Source: Chara braunii
Lineage: Eukaryota; Plantae; Charophyceae
DNA length: 64,000 bases
NCBI GenBank assembly: GCA_003427395.1
Contig: BFEA01000021.1
Coordinates: 867,216 to 931,215, forward strand
Direction: 5' to 3'
A model generated the notes under the pieces. That model had not been told where the DNA came from. It saw only the letters and a program-made list of their open reading frames with translations, and searched no databases. The position numbers and the translations under genes were made by a program. Shown here piece by piece: positions 47,832 through 59,819 of the stretch (positions are counted from its first letter, which is position 1; each line of letters opens with the position of its first letter).

Positions 47832-50620
47832 CCGTAGCAAGGATTTACACGATTCCACATGTTCCTTGGAATGACGCAGGATGGAAATACGCCCAGAAGG
47901 AGAAGGAAGAAGTTATCGCTTTCCTTAAAGAAAAGATGGTTTCCCATGTAGCGGAGCCGTCTAATAGCGCTTATGCTAATCGATGGTTCTTTCTACGAAA
48001 ACCGAATGGCAAGATCCGATGGATCCAGGACCTTCAGAAGGTCAACGCGGTGACGATACGAGACGTGGGCTCCGTGCCACAAGCCGATTTACTAGCAGAA
48101 GGCACCACAGGCAGGTCAATTTATTCGGTCTGTGATCTGTTCTCAGGCTATGATGAGGTACCGCTTGATCCTAGGGACATGCACCTCACGACTATGCACA
48201 TGCCATTGGGACTGATACAAATGATGGTTGTCCCTATGGGTTGGACTAATGGGGTAGCTGTTTTCCATAGAGCCATGGTAGCCGTCCTCAAGGACTTCAT
48301 CCCTTACAAGGTTGAAGTTTTTTTGGATGATTTTCCTATTAAAGGGCCAGTAAAGAAGGATGAGACCGAGGTTGTACCAGGAGTTAGAAGATTCGTCGAG
48401 CAGCACCTAACGGATATTTGTGCGGTACTCGAGCAACTGGATGATGCGAATTTAACGGTCAGCGGAACAAAGAGCCGATGGGCCGTCTCGACTATTAAGA
48501 TCTTGGGCTTTATTTGTGACTCGAGAGGACGCTGAGCAGATCCGGCGAAGCTAGACAAACTCCTGAACTGGCCGTCACCGTTACATAGTCCAACCGAGGT
48601 CCGACAGTTTCTGGGAGTGGTCGGTTACTGGCGTATATTCATACGGGGGTATGCGGAGAAGGCTGAGCCATTGAGGCTACTCCTTCGAAAGACTGAAAAA
48701 TTATACTGGGATTCCTCGCAGGAACTCGCTATGCAAGAGCTTAAAGACGAATTTAAGGAGGGATGATGCGTACAGGGCGTGCCATTCTTTGACGATGAGA
48801 CCGAGAGACCCTTTATAGTATCCACGGATGCTGGACCATGTTCAGTAGGTGGATTGTTGTCTCAGAAGGACGCTGGAGGGGAAGAGAGACCGTTGAGATT
48901 TGAGAGTGAAACACTTAATACGGCTGAGCGTAACTACAGTCAATTCAAGAAGGAAGTGTTAGCTGTTCTGCGGTGTCTAGACACGTTCAGACACTATATC
49001 TATGACCGTCGATTCATCTTGAGAGTAGACCCCACCGCGGTTGCCTCCGTCCTCCAGAAGGACTTTAGCCTGAAAGACCCGACCATTGCACGATGGTTAA
49101 TACGGATTCGGCTATATGATTACACAGTAGAAAGGATATCTGGCACTAAAAATGCCGTAGCGGATGGGCTCTCTCGGATCCCTCTTGAGGCCAAGCGCCC
49201 GATAGTAGCTGGAGCCCTGACAATGGCGGAGCCGAAGCGCGCCGAGTGATTTCTGGTTAACCTTTACGAGGGCAAATACCGAACGATCGGGCCACATTTG
49301 TCAGGGGAGGAGAGTCGAGAATCAGATATCCGGAGACAAGCGGCGCAATACTGCCTTAGAGCCGACCATCTATTTCGGAGACCGGTCGGCTCGAGGATGC
49401 CCTTACGAGTAGTCTGTGATCCTGAGGAGAGACAGACGATAGTTGCGGAGCTTCACGACGGGGTAGTCGGAGGACACAGGGGAGTCAAAGGAACCTAGAA
49501 AAAGGTACGCAGGTTGTACAAGTGGGAAGGACAGTATAAGAACGTCGAGAAGTACTGTATGACCTGCCTGGAATGCCAGAAGAGAGCTCTTGTGAAATAC
49601 AAAGAGCCTCTCCATCCATCCTATCCCACCAGACCAGGAGAGAAGGTACACATCGATCTGGTGAAGATGCCGAAAGGAGGAGGCAATATGAACTACGTCG
49701 TGAACATACGTGACGATTTCACTGTATTCGTGGACGGTAGACCTATCAGGAGTAAGACGGCAAAGGAAGTTAAGAACTTCGTCCTAGAGTACTTATCAAG
49801 GTATGGCTGTGTCAGCAAGATAGTGATGGACAGACGGGCGAAATTCCTAGCTGACGAGGTTCAGAGTGTGTTCAAGAGAGCTGGGGCGAGAGTTTCGATA
49901 GCCACTGCCTACCACCCACAGTCGAACTCCCCAGTAGAGAGGGGGCACCAGACTCTGATAGCGTCACTATCCAAGTGGTGCAAAGGTAAGGACAGTGATT
50001 GGCCACAATATTTTTGGTACGCAATATGGGCGGACAACGTCACGGTCCGGGCTAGTACCGGATACCCACCGTACACCTTGTGGTTTGGGCGACACTGTCC
50101 GCTCCCCATAGAGTTTCACGTCGACAGCTGGACAACCGTCGACTGGGCGGAGGAGATGTCCAGAGAGGAACTCATAGCTGCTCGAACGAGACAGATAGCC
50201 TACGGTTTGGAAGATAACCTTATGACAGCAGCAGATCGTCTGGCGGTGGAAAGGGACAAAGGCAAAGAGAGATGGGATAAGAATGTGCGAATTAGGAAAG
50301 AGAGGTTGAGCGTAGGAGATATGGTCCTTCTCTACAACGCAGCACTGGAGAGGACCTGGACCGGAAAACTCGCCAACAGATGGATGGGACCTTACAGAGT
50401 GATTGAGGCACTCGACTGGGGTGAGTATATGATAGCAGAGTTAGACGGATCCAAATGGAAGGACCCAGTGGCGGGTGCTAGGTTAAAACTGTTTAGACCC
50501 AGGGCCGCACCCACCTTATCGCTGACAAGCCCGAAAGGGAAAGGAAAAACCAGAATGGAGGATGGAGCCCCCTTGAGGCGATTCGAGGCAGGGGAGAGTT
50601 TCAAGAAGAGGAAAGAGTAG
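47832..50620 (+). pseudogene. pol: Gypsy element 2 pol (RT-RH-INT), 5'-truncated, with in-frame stops
   Basis: IRWIQDLQKVN, DLFSGY, PMGWTN and VFLDD (RT); STDAG, KKEVLA, VDP and NAVADGLSR (RH); LHDG..GH...C..C, HIDLV, MDR, NSPVER and WMGPYRV (INT). Stops at ~48533, 48763, 49247 and 49496. Confidence 0.93.
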
Positions 50621-51939
50621 AGAAAAGGAAGGTCAAAGGGTTAGTTTTAGGAAGAGAGAATAAATGGTTATTCATGCTCAAGAGGGCTAGACAGAGAGTT
50701 CCCGTTAGACGTACTGGCGGGTCGGCACCCTTCCCGGGGCGAAGACAGTAGAAAAAGAAGATCGTCCCGATGCCAAAAACCGGAAGAAACAGGAAAGTCA
50801 AGAAACATCTTCTTAGCCCCATGACTCATAACAAACTGAGACATAAGACAATTGAACGCCGACGTAGGCGTCCTTTACGGGCCATGACCCTGAAGCTCGT
50901 CCTATTCGTCTGACGAAAGTGGTTAGGCTTCGACGGGGGCATTGAGAAGTGGTCCCGGCTAACTGTCAGGCGGCCACAAGCAGTGCGCCGCCTGAAATCT
51001 ACGGTTTTGGGACTTAGGCTCAAGGGCAAGTCCATGTTTTGACGGTACTCTGGTTTGACCGGGCAGCAGGAATTAGGGGAACTCAGGGTACCCCTGATTC
51101 TGGGCACACTGAACCTTACGACTAACCCTCAACGATAGTGAGATGGGTGGGCGCACTCGGCATATCTAGAGACCGCCATTTCTAGCCGTTCAGAGGGTTA
51201 GACCAGGATTGGCCTGCCGCGGAGAGGCATCACGGGAACTGACCTCGCCGCAACGTTTTTGCAGCATACGACCGGGGCCGAAATGAGGCCTCAAATTTTT
51301 GTATATTTTAGTACCATAATTAAAGAGGGGGAAAAGGGATTAAGACAAGTAGGGGAGAAGGGAAAAACATAATATCCTTTAATTTTTTTATTTTTCCCGG
51401 CATTTAAATCTACGGGGAATACCCTTATTATTTTATGTTCCCGGCAATGGAATTAAAAACATAGAAAAATATTAAAAATGGTAAAAGAGAAAAGAAACAA
51501 AAAAAATTCGGCCATTTATTTAAGCTTCCTCAAAATTTAACTTTGGGGATCTTACGGTTAATTCACTATTTCCGACAATAGAATCAAGGAAAACGAAGAA
51601 TGATTAAGAACAATGAAAGAGGACGGAAACCCCATAACTGATGGGTGATTGGTCTAATCTCGCCTTGATTACCCGCTATCAGCCCTGACCCTAGAAAGGT
51701 CGTTCTCACCGGATTTTAACAGTCTTCACTTACTGCCGATGGTCGAGATTCCCTGCGTCACTTTTCCTGTTTTGCTTGATTACTAACATACCGCACTTGA
51801 GATGCTCTGAGAGCGGGAGTCGCATGGACAACATGGGGTGGTGCTACCTTGGGCCGACGGTATGGTACATAATTGTTATGGGGAGGTCGCGTCCTACAGT
51901 AACCGACCTGCACGTGGTTCGGTATGAGGACGGTGTCGT

Positions 51940-52390
51940 TTTGTTTCAGGGTAGAGACCATCACGGTGTCTTATTTTCGGGTCTACAGCCGGTGTAGTGA
52001 TTTATTTCCAGGACCGAGACCGCTGAGACAGTTATTTCAGGCTTGGGACCTCGGCGACAGCTTGATTTCAGGTCCGTAAACGTTGCGGCATTCCATATCA
52101 GGATCGGGACTATCACCGTGGGTTATTTTCAGATCAACACGGATATTTATTTCAGGTGCGGAGACGACGCAGCGACTTATTCCGGGTTCGGCATTACCAA
52201 TGGCGGCGTATTTCAGCGCTGGCACCGTTAAGGCTGCCTACTTCAGGTCCGGGGCAGGTTTGGTATTACCTACAGTACTCAGTGTGGGTAGGCGCGACCT
52301 CATACTGGGACGGTATATTTCGGGGCCGATACCGTCACGGACTTTTACTTCAGGCTCGATAAATGCGTGGCGTTTATTTCAGGTCTGAGA
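51940..52390. repeat. Degenerate ~30-bp periodic repeat with TATTTCAGG core
   Basis: Core variants at ~51973, 52003, 52033, 52063, 52093, 52123, 52148, 52178, 52208, 52238, 52316, 52346 and 52375. Confidence 0.7.
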
Positions 52391-53594
52391 CAGAATGATG
52401 GCAATTCAGCTTATCTGATGCGGTACAGTGGCACATCTGAGGGACGGCATGGCACCTCCGGGCCGCGGTGTGAACCGCGGTAAGCAACTGACACGACGTG
52501 GTTTCCGTGAAACACAATGGCTGCGCGGAGTGGGAATTTCGATTACTGGATCAGGACGTGCTGGGATGGGGCAGCTACAGCGCGGATGCAATGGTGCAAG
52601 GACTACAATCTGGCCTAGCATCCGAATCTGGACTTTCGCTAAATTGCGGGTCTAAAGGCTGGTACCTCTGGGGGAGATGGGGCCAGTTCCTATTCCAGGC
52701 CAACGTGGCGCGACAGGCAGAGAAAATCCACGGTGCTTGTGCTGCAGTCGTCGCGCACAGAAGGGGGGGCCACGAGTGGGTCTGAATGGGGGAGGGCCCT
52801 CGGGCACACGTGCAAGGGATACCCGCCTCAGCTGGTACGAGGAGGAGTCCAAGCCTAGGCGGTTGCAGCAGCCAGGGACGAAATGGCCCGGGGTGGACGA
52901 CTGTGCCCGGTAGCATATGGGGAGGAAGGTTGGACTGAGACGGTTATGCATTCGCAAGGAGACGGCTTCAGCATGCAAGGTGTACGCAGCGGCCTGCATC
53001 AAGGGAAGTGAAGGAGCGGACGGCGAACGGGCGAGCGAGGCGTTCTCCGCCCAGCTGACCGCACTTGTAAGAAGCCAGTTGGAAGGAAACGGGGAGAGTG
53101 TGCATGGCGCGCCCTACTCGGATCGCTGCTTGACGTTGACAGGGGAGGTTGCAAGAGGGAAAAACGAAAGCGAAGCGTGCACGTCGTGCACAGTGCCCCT
53201 TGTACCGCCAGTCTGATTGTGGCTGCGACAACGCTTCTGTGTTCTCGATCAGCCACTTGATTGAACGGCGTACCTAGAGGGGGTGAGATTACGGACAGCC
53301 GTAAGAGGAGAATCCAAAGCGAGTGAAGATCCGGACCGAGCTCAAGGAAGGTGTGTTTGATGTGTCCAGTACAAGTTTGCGCTCCTATCAGAGTCCAGAT
53401 GGTTGGTTGACGGGAAGGTCGAAGAGAGACTGTAGACCATAGCCGGCGATTCTTCCGCAAGGATCGAACATCCTGAGAGAGGGGAGGCTCGGTAAGGACT
53501 CGAAGTATCCGACAAGATTCGTGACGAGCGTTCATGGTATAGAAGATTCGGATGCACAGGCAGCTTGCGGGCGGTTTTCGAGGTAAGGGGGGGG

Positions 53595-54300
53595 GCTACC
53601 CCGAAAAGAAGGACGAATACAAGCAATTTGCACGGGCCTTGTAAGCCCGTCTCTCTTCTGCGCTATAACGAGTGCTAATCTGGCCCAAAAATCGAGGTGA
53701 ATACATGCAATTTGCACGGGTCTTGTATGCCCGTTTTCTCTTCTGCGGTATTACGAGTGCTAATTTGGGCCGAAAAGCGGGGTGAATACATGCAATTTGC
53801 ACGGGCCTTGTATGCCCGTTTTCTCTTCTGCGCTATTACGAGTGCGAATCTGGCCCGAAAAGCGGGAGGAATACATGCATTTGCACGGGCCTTGTATGCC
53901 CATCTCTCTTCTGAGCTAATATCAAGTTAATCTGCCCCGAAAAAGGGGACGAATACAAGCATTTGCACGGGCCTTGTATGCCTGTCTCTCTTCTGTGCTA
54001 TTACATGGAGTTTGTTGGGACTTGATATAATCTGTCCCAAAAAGCGGGACGAATACAAGCATTTGCACGAGCCTTGTATGCCTGTCTCTCTTCTGTGCCA
54101 TTACATGGAGTTCGTGGGGACTTGATATACACAGGTATGCCCTGCGAAGTGAGGTGGATACATACAGAGTGCTGAGGCTTGATTTGCCCGTCTCTCCCCC
54201 GGGCGAACTGTTGAAGCTTGGTACGCCTGGTTCCGTCCTATACGATTAAGAGCGTTAATCTGCTCCGAGAAGTGGGTCAAATACATGCAGAATTCACAGT
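53595..54300. repeat. Tandem repeat, ~85-bp unit, about 6-7 copies decaying rightwards
   Basis: GAATACATGCAATTTGCACGGGCCTTGTATGCCCGT.TTCTCTTCTG unit at ~53615, 53699, 53785, 53869, 53951 and 54051. Confidence 0.92.
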
Positions 54301-55055
54301 TTGGTAACCCGCTCAAACAACTCTAAGAAGAAAGGCTGTATTCAGGCAGAACAGAGCCAGAAGAACCATGGCCTTCCTCCTCTGAGTGTTACCAGCGAAA
54401 CCCCCTCAACTAGCGGATAAACACATTGAGTGGGAACAAAACCCGCTTGATCATGTGAACTAGTTACAGAGCGGGAAAGGAAGAGGGACAAAACAATGAG
54501 AGAGAGAGAGAGAGAGATAGGGGGAGCGGCAGGAAGGCAACAGAGAGAGAGAGCGAACAGCGAAGGGGGAGGGAAACAAGGAGAGAAAGTGAGAGAGCTG
54601 AACTGGGGAGAACAAATATGGGCGGGTGACATTGGACTTTCTTTGGATTGTTATTCAATTTTATTTATTCTGAATTTTTTTTTATCAGAATACTTACCCT
54701 AAGTTCGGAGGGGGCTACGGAAAGAGGGACTTTTTACCACGCCGAATGTAACTGTCTGTAACCCAGATTCGACTCCAACTTAGACCTGTAGATTCACACG
54801 CTGAATGCTGCTGAAAGGGCTTTGTTTGACTTGCTGCAACTTCTCGCTCTCCCCCGTAAACGGGGCCTTGTCATGCTGACCGCACAACTTATTGTTTATT
54901 TGCCTTTTTGAACTCCCGATGTTCTTTGGGCTCAGACTCCAGAATGAACTGGTGAAAGTTTTGTCTGCCGTTGAAAAATGAGCTGGGTTATAGCAAGGGA
55001 TTTCCGATGCTCAGGGCATTTCCGAGAGGGGGCGTGACAGCCAAAACGAACTCCA

Positions 55056-58000
55056 CTAACCCTGCTGATCGCTGAAGACCTCGGAAGCGGGCACGGCGAG
55101 TGACAGGCGTCGTTGCCCTTGGCTCCGGCGAACGGTAGGCGACCCCTCCCCGGGTTTCCTCACACTGGCGCAACTGGGTGGAAGGCCCACCGACAAATCT
55201 AAGTCTAAGTGGGTCCCCATCTCCGAATCTGAAATCCCAACCCCCCTCTCCACACCCGGGGTCATACCCGCTATAGCCGGATCGAGCTCCTCCGTGAGGA
55301 ACTGCTGCATGAGGCGCTCGTCATCGCCCCTACGCTGCACCTCGGCTTGTGCGGCTATCTCCTCCTCCACTGCAGCTGTCGACGGTGCCTCCTCCTCCTC
55401 CACTGCTGCTTCCACCTCAACCTCCACTGCTGCTGCTCCTCCACCTGCTCCTCCTGTTGTTGCCACCTGCCCCTCCACTGCTGCACCTCCTCCTGCCGCT
55501 GGTGGATCCTCCTCCAGCACTGATGCTACCATTTCCTCCAGCACTGCACTGCTGCTGCTGCTGCTGCTGCTATCTCCTCCACCGCGGCTGCGATCGTCGC
55601 GTCCGGCACCGCCGCTGGTGCCGTCGAACTCTCCACTGCTGCTGCCGAAGGTGCCCCCTCCTCCTGCAATATCCGCGGGGAAGGTGATCGTAACCTAAGC
55701 TGGTGGACTGCCCCGCCTCTGTGGAGAAGGCCGCACTGAGGCAAAGAGGACCCCAACTCCTCCCTGTCCGGCTAAAGTGGCGAGACGGGCGATGGTGGTG
55801 CAAGACTCGGAGCAGGAGGTGGCGGTATGGACGAATTCCGCCTCGTCGGAGTGGGGGTCGTCGCCTGCACCTCTAGGTGACCAGTGGAAGCGACCTCACC
55901 GAATGGGCCCCATAAGTCCTCGTTTCCCCCCAGCATCTCCCTCTCCGCCCGGTCCGCCGCCCGTCATGCAGTGTGTGCCCTCGTCTCCTCGGAGTTAGGA
56001 TCGTCGTGCGTCTCGTCGATCTCCCGGGGAATGCGGAGCGCACGGTCATCTGCCGCCTCGGGTATCGGCTCCTCGTCTGAGTCGTCCTCCCTGGGGTAGG
56101 GACGAAAAATGCAATCACGTCTATCGAAAACGGCATCAGCCGAGGGTGGTGCGGACGCCCCGATGGGATCCCGGGTAATAAGTGCAACCTGACGGGCGAT
56201 CTCCTCCTCCGTCATCCTCCTGCGAGTCCCCGAGCGCACAGGCTCCAACTCGAGTCCTGCCTTGCAATCCAGCATGCCCACGTCCCGCTGCCATGGCAGC
56301 ACATAACCGCATCCAGCCCGCTCATACTCAGTCAACCGCACATTTGCGGTGATCTCAACGAGTTGCACGACCTTCTCGAAGGCCAACTGGTTGCGCTTCT
56401 TCGTGTGAATGCCCTTGTGGACTGCCCAGTTCCTCTCTGCTGGAGAGGCGCAAGACCACATGTGCATCACCTGAAGAGCGCAACGCTGCAACTCTGGCGC
56501 GCCCGACCCGAACTGAGACCACCAAGACCCGCACTCAATTGTCTCGCTGTCGCCGTTGTACGCGCGCCCACGAGCACGCTCCTCCGGCCCGCCCCAATCC
56601 CCGAACCTGCCCTGCTGAATGTGGAAGTCCTCAAACTGCTGACGTGCAAGGATGTACTCCGCACCCTCCAACTCGAATCCCGTCTGCGTCAGAATGTACC
56701 TCTTGGCTTGCTCCACAAGCCAAGCATCGTACCGCTCCACCTGCCCCGAAAAGTAGCGAACGTGTCGCCTGCGGGGGTTCAGTAAGAACCCTGCGCAGTG
56801 AGCCAGCTCAAGCATGTGCTGTGTGCGAGCCTGCACACGCCTGATGATCTGCTCGGCGAACGACTTCCCCAAAGGGGCGCATGCGACCGTGACACGGCGG
56901 ACAAGATCCTGCGTCCACTCAATCATGAGGGACATGTACTGTCCTCCACGATCCATCCGCCTGAGCAACTCTATGACGGGCTGCATGATATGAACGATGG
57001 TGGCCACCCTCTGCCACCATGGATCCCATCTGATCTGTCGGCGCACCCAACACGCCATGACGCACACATCGGCGAACCACGAGATGGAAGCAAAAACCCC
57101 CGTGTCGTCCCCTCGCATCATGTCCTGCAGAGTGTCCTGCAGGGCCAACAGCCTCTCCAGCATGGAGTACACAAACGCGAACCGCGTCTCGCAAGAAAGA
57201 ATAAGCCCCTTGTCGGAGCTGCGCGTCCTAAAAAAATGAAGGGCGGCCTGGTGGGTTTTGAAAAACTCCACCAACACACGAGCGTGTATGATCGCGTCCA
57301 CAAACACGTCGCAACTCGTCCCCATATCTTACAACAATTTGTTGCAGACATGGACGGAGCACGGGAGCCAAGTGATCCTCCTCAGTGCAGGAGGTATGGA
57401 CGGCGAGGTCAATGCCCTCGCAGCCCCCACATAGGCAGAAGCGGAGTTAGTGCATATCGCATTGATCCGTTGCGGCCCGCCGAAGCTGAACTCGTGGAAG
57501 ATGGTAACCCATCTCCGAAGGACGTGCGCTGCATCGTCCGCCTCGCCCTCTCGATTGATCGTCGTGTACACGACGACCTCTCGAGAGCCAGCAGCAAGGA
57601 AATTCATGATCGGTCTCCCGTCTCGTGATTTCTTCCCATCGGAGAGGAGGGTGGCACCAATCACCCAGAATGGCTGCCTCACCTCCTCCAACTCCTCCGC
57701 CAACTCCGCACGGTGGGTCTCCACCGCCCGCATACTCGCAATCTCGCAGTGGTTGGGGAGCACTGCGCGCTGGGAACTGCCAGGCTGCTCAAGAAGCACC
57801 TGTTGATATGCCTTCCACGCCTGGTTGCGGAAGGCATTGAAGGAGACCCCGCTGGAATACAACCAGCGAAGGAATGCCTTCTTGTGGCGAGCAACCCACT
57901 CGCCACCGTAGACATCAGTCACCTTCTGCTGGCGAAGCCTCTTCCCTGCTGGGGTGGCAGCCGGATCACTCCCTCCTTCCTTCCTCTTGGAAGACCCCTC

Positions 58001-58591
58001 CGTTGCAGCTCCCTTGCCTGCTCGCCTCCGCCATTCCTCCAACCTCTCGCTAGTGCCCGGATAAACCTCAGGCACGTCCTCCCGTTCCGGGACTCCCTCC
58101 TCACCCGGGCCACGCGCCTCGCCATCCATGTGGATCACGCCCTCCTCCGTCTCACCGCCTCCACCACCCAAAGTGGGGTCTGCCGCACCATGCCCACCAT
58201 CTCCCCCGACCCCTCCCTCCGGCGGACGCCGCCCCGCCTCTCCTCCCCTTGCACCACCCGTGCCGGGCACATCGAGTCCGCGCTCCGCCACATACCTCGC
58301 AACCCTCTCCATCTGATCGGCCTCGAACTTCTGCTGAGTCCGTCGAGCAATCTCGTACAACGCCTCGTCGCTCACGTCCTTGCAGTAGTTTGTCTGCAAG
58401 AAGTGCCTCGTGGCCTGAAACTGGGTCCCTTGGAAAACTTTGTTGCAAAACGTGCAACGGAGCATCATGACCCCCTTGTTGTCGACCTTCAGGCCGACAA
58501 CCAGGTACCGATAGACAGGGGAGCGGGCCCAGAATGTGTCCTGCACATGGTCCGCGGCAGCCTCATGCTGACGGCGCTGTGCCCTCCCCAT
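55056..58591 (-). pseudogene. hAT-superfamily transposase (BED zinc finger, DUF659-type core, dimerisation domain), frameshifted
   Basis: CTFC...H....C BED finger; LLSDG; WLPCSVHVCNKLL (CxxH); CETRF; FLLNP; WW..FGS.APELQ..A..V.....CASPAERNW...IHTKKRNQL. Frameshift at ~57327; low-complexity C-terminus. Confidence 0.92.
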
Positions 58592-58888
58592 GTCGGTCAC
58601 CCTGGTGAGACAACCCTCACTGAATCCCCCCAACCGCACCACTGCAGCCCAACACCCCGTTAACCGCTGCCCGCTGCAGGGTCCCCTTTCCGCTGCAATC
58701 CAACCCTCCTTGACCACCGCCCGCCTAAGGGTCCCCCGTCTACCACCCCCCACAGACTCCCCCGCTAGCATTCGGGAACGCGCGTGGCGGTTCTCAACCA
58801 TCGCCGCACACTTCGCTGCTCCGCCTTCGTCGCACCGGCGCCACCGCTCCGCTGCGCTCCACTGCGCTCCACGCTCCGCTGCAACAAC

Positions 58889-58892
<4 letters not shown>

Positions 58893-58979
<87 letters not shown>

Positions 58980-59379
58980 NNNNNNNNNNNNNNNNNNNNN
59001 NNNNNNNNNNNNNNNNNNNNNNNNNNNNNNNNNNNNNNNNNNNNNNNNNNNNNNNNNNNNNNNNNNNNNNNNNNNNNNNNNNNNNNNNNNNNNNNNNNNN
59101 NNNNNNNNNNNNNNNNNNNNNNNNNNNNNNNNNNNNNNNNNNNNNNNNNNNNNNNNNNNNNNNNNNNNNNNNNNNNNNNNNNNNNNNNNNNNNNNNNNNN
59201 NNNNNNNNNNNNNNNNNNNNNNNNNNNNNNNNNNNNNNNNNNNNNNNNNNNNNNNNNNNNNNNNNNNNNNNNNNNNNNNNNNNNNNNNNNNNNNNNNNNN
59301 NNNNNNNNNNNNNNNNNNNNNNNNNNNNNNNNNNNNNNNNNNNNNNNNNNNNNNNNNNNNNNNNNNNNNNNNNNNNNNN

Positions 59380-59416
<37 letters not shown>
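58893..59416. repeat. (CT)n microsatellite spanning a gap, in the hAT 5' region
   Basis: Directly visible. Confidence 0.96.
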
Positions 59417-59420
<4 letters not shown>

Positions 59421-59819
59421 CGCAGCGTTCGACGCACGGGATACCCGTTTGTCGCGTTGGAGCGGAATGGCTCGTGCCGCAAATGGAGTGTGGTCGAACG
59501 TGAGTACCGTTTTTGTACCTGTTCGGACCGTTTCCCTTGCGCCACCACCACAGCAGGCACCCCGCAAACTCCCCTGCACGACGCAAATGGGCTTGCGCAT
59601 TTTTTTTTTTTTTTGGTGCATCAGGCGGTACCCGACAGCGGACACTACCACCCCACACTTTCACAAAACCCCTTCCCCCCCCCCAAACGCACGGAAATGC
59701 GGTTCGCGGACCCGGTTCATTCCCGTCCAACGCACGTTTGAATGGGGATTGGACGCGAATTTAACGCGCGTTCAATTTTTCAACGCGAAACCCGCGTTGA
59801 ATCGATTTTCGGACACACA

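Larger units (their letters stand above)
50621..55039 (+). mobile_element. 3' region and probable 3' LTR of Gypsy element 2
   Basis: Follows pol and contains tandem repeats. Ends GGGGGCGTGACA at 55039, directly against the hAT sequence. LTR start not identified. Confidence 0.55.

Noticed and set aside
51149-51180. Fourth copy of the structured motif (GGCGCACTCGG match)
   Set aside because: Only an 11-nt match, and the two hairpins are absent.
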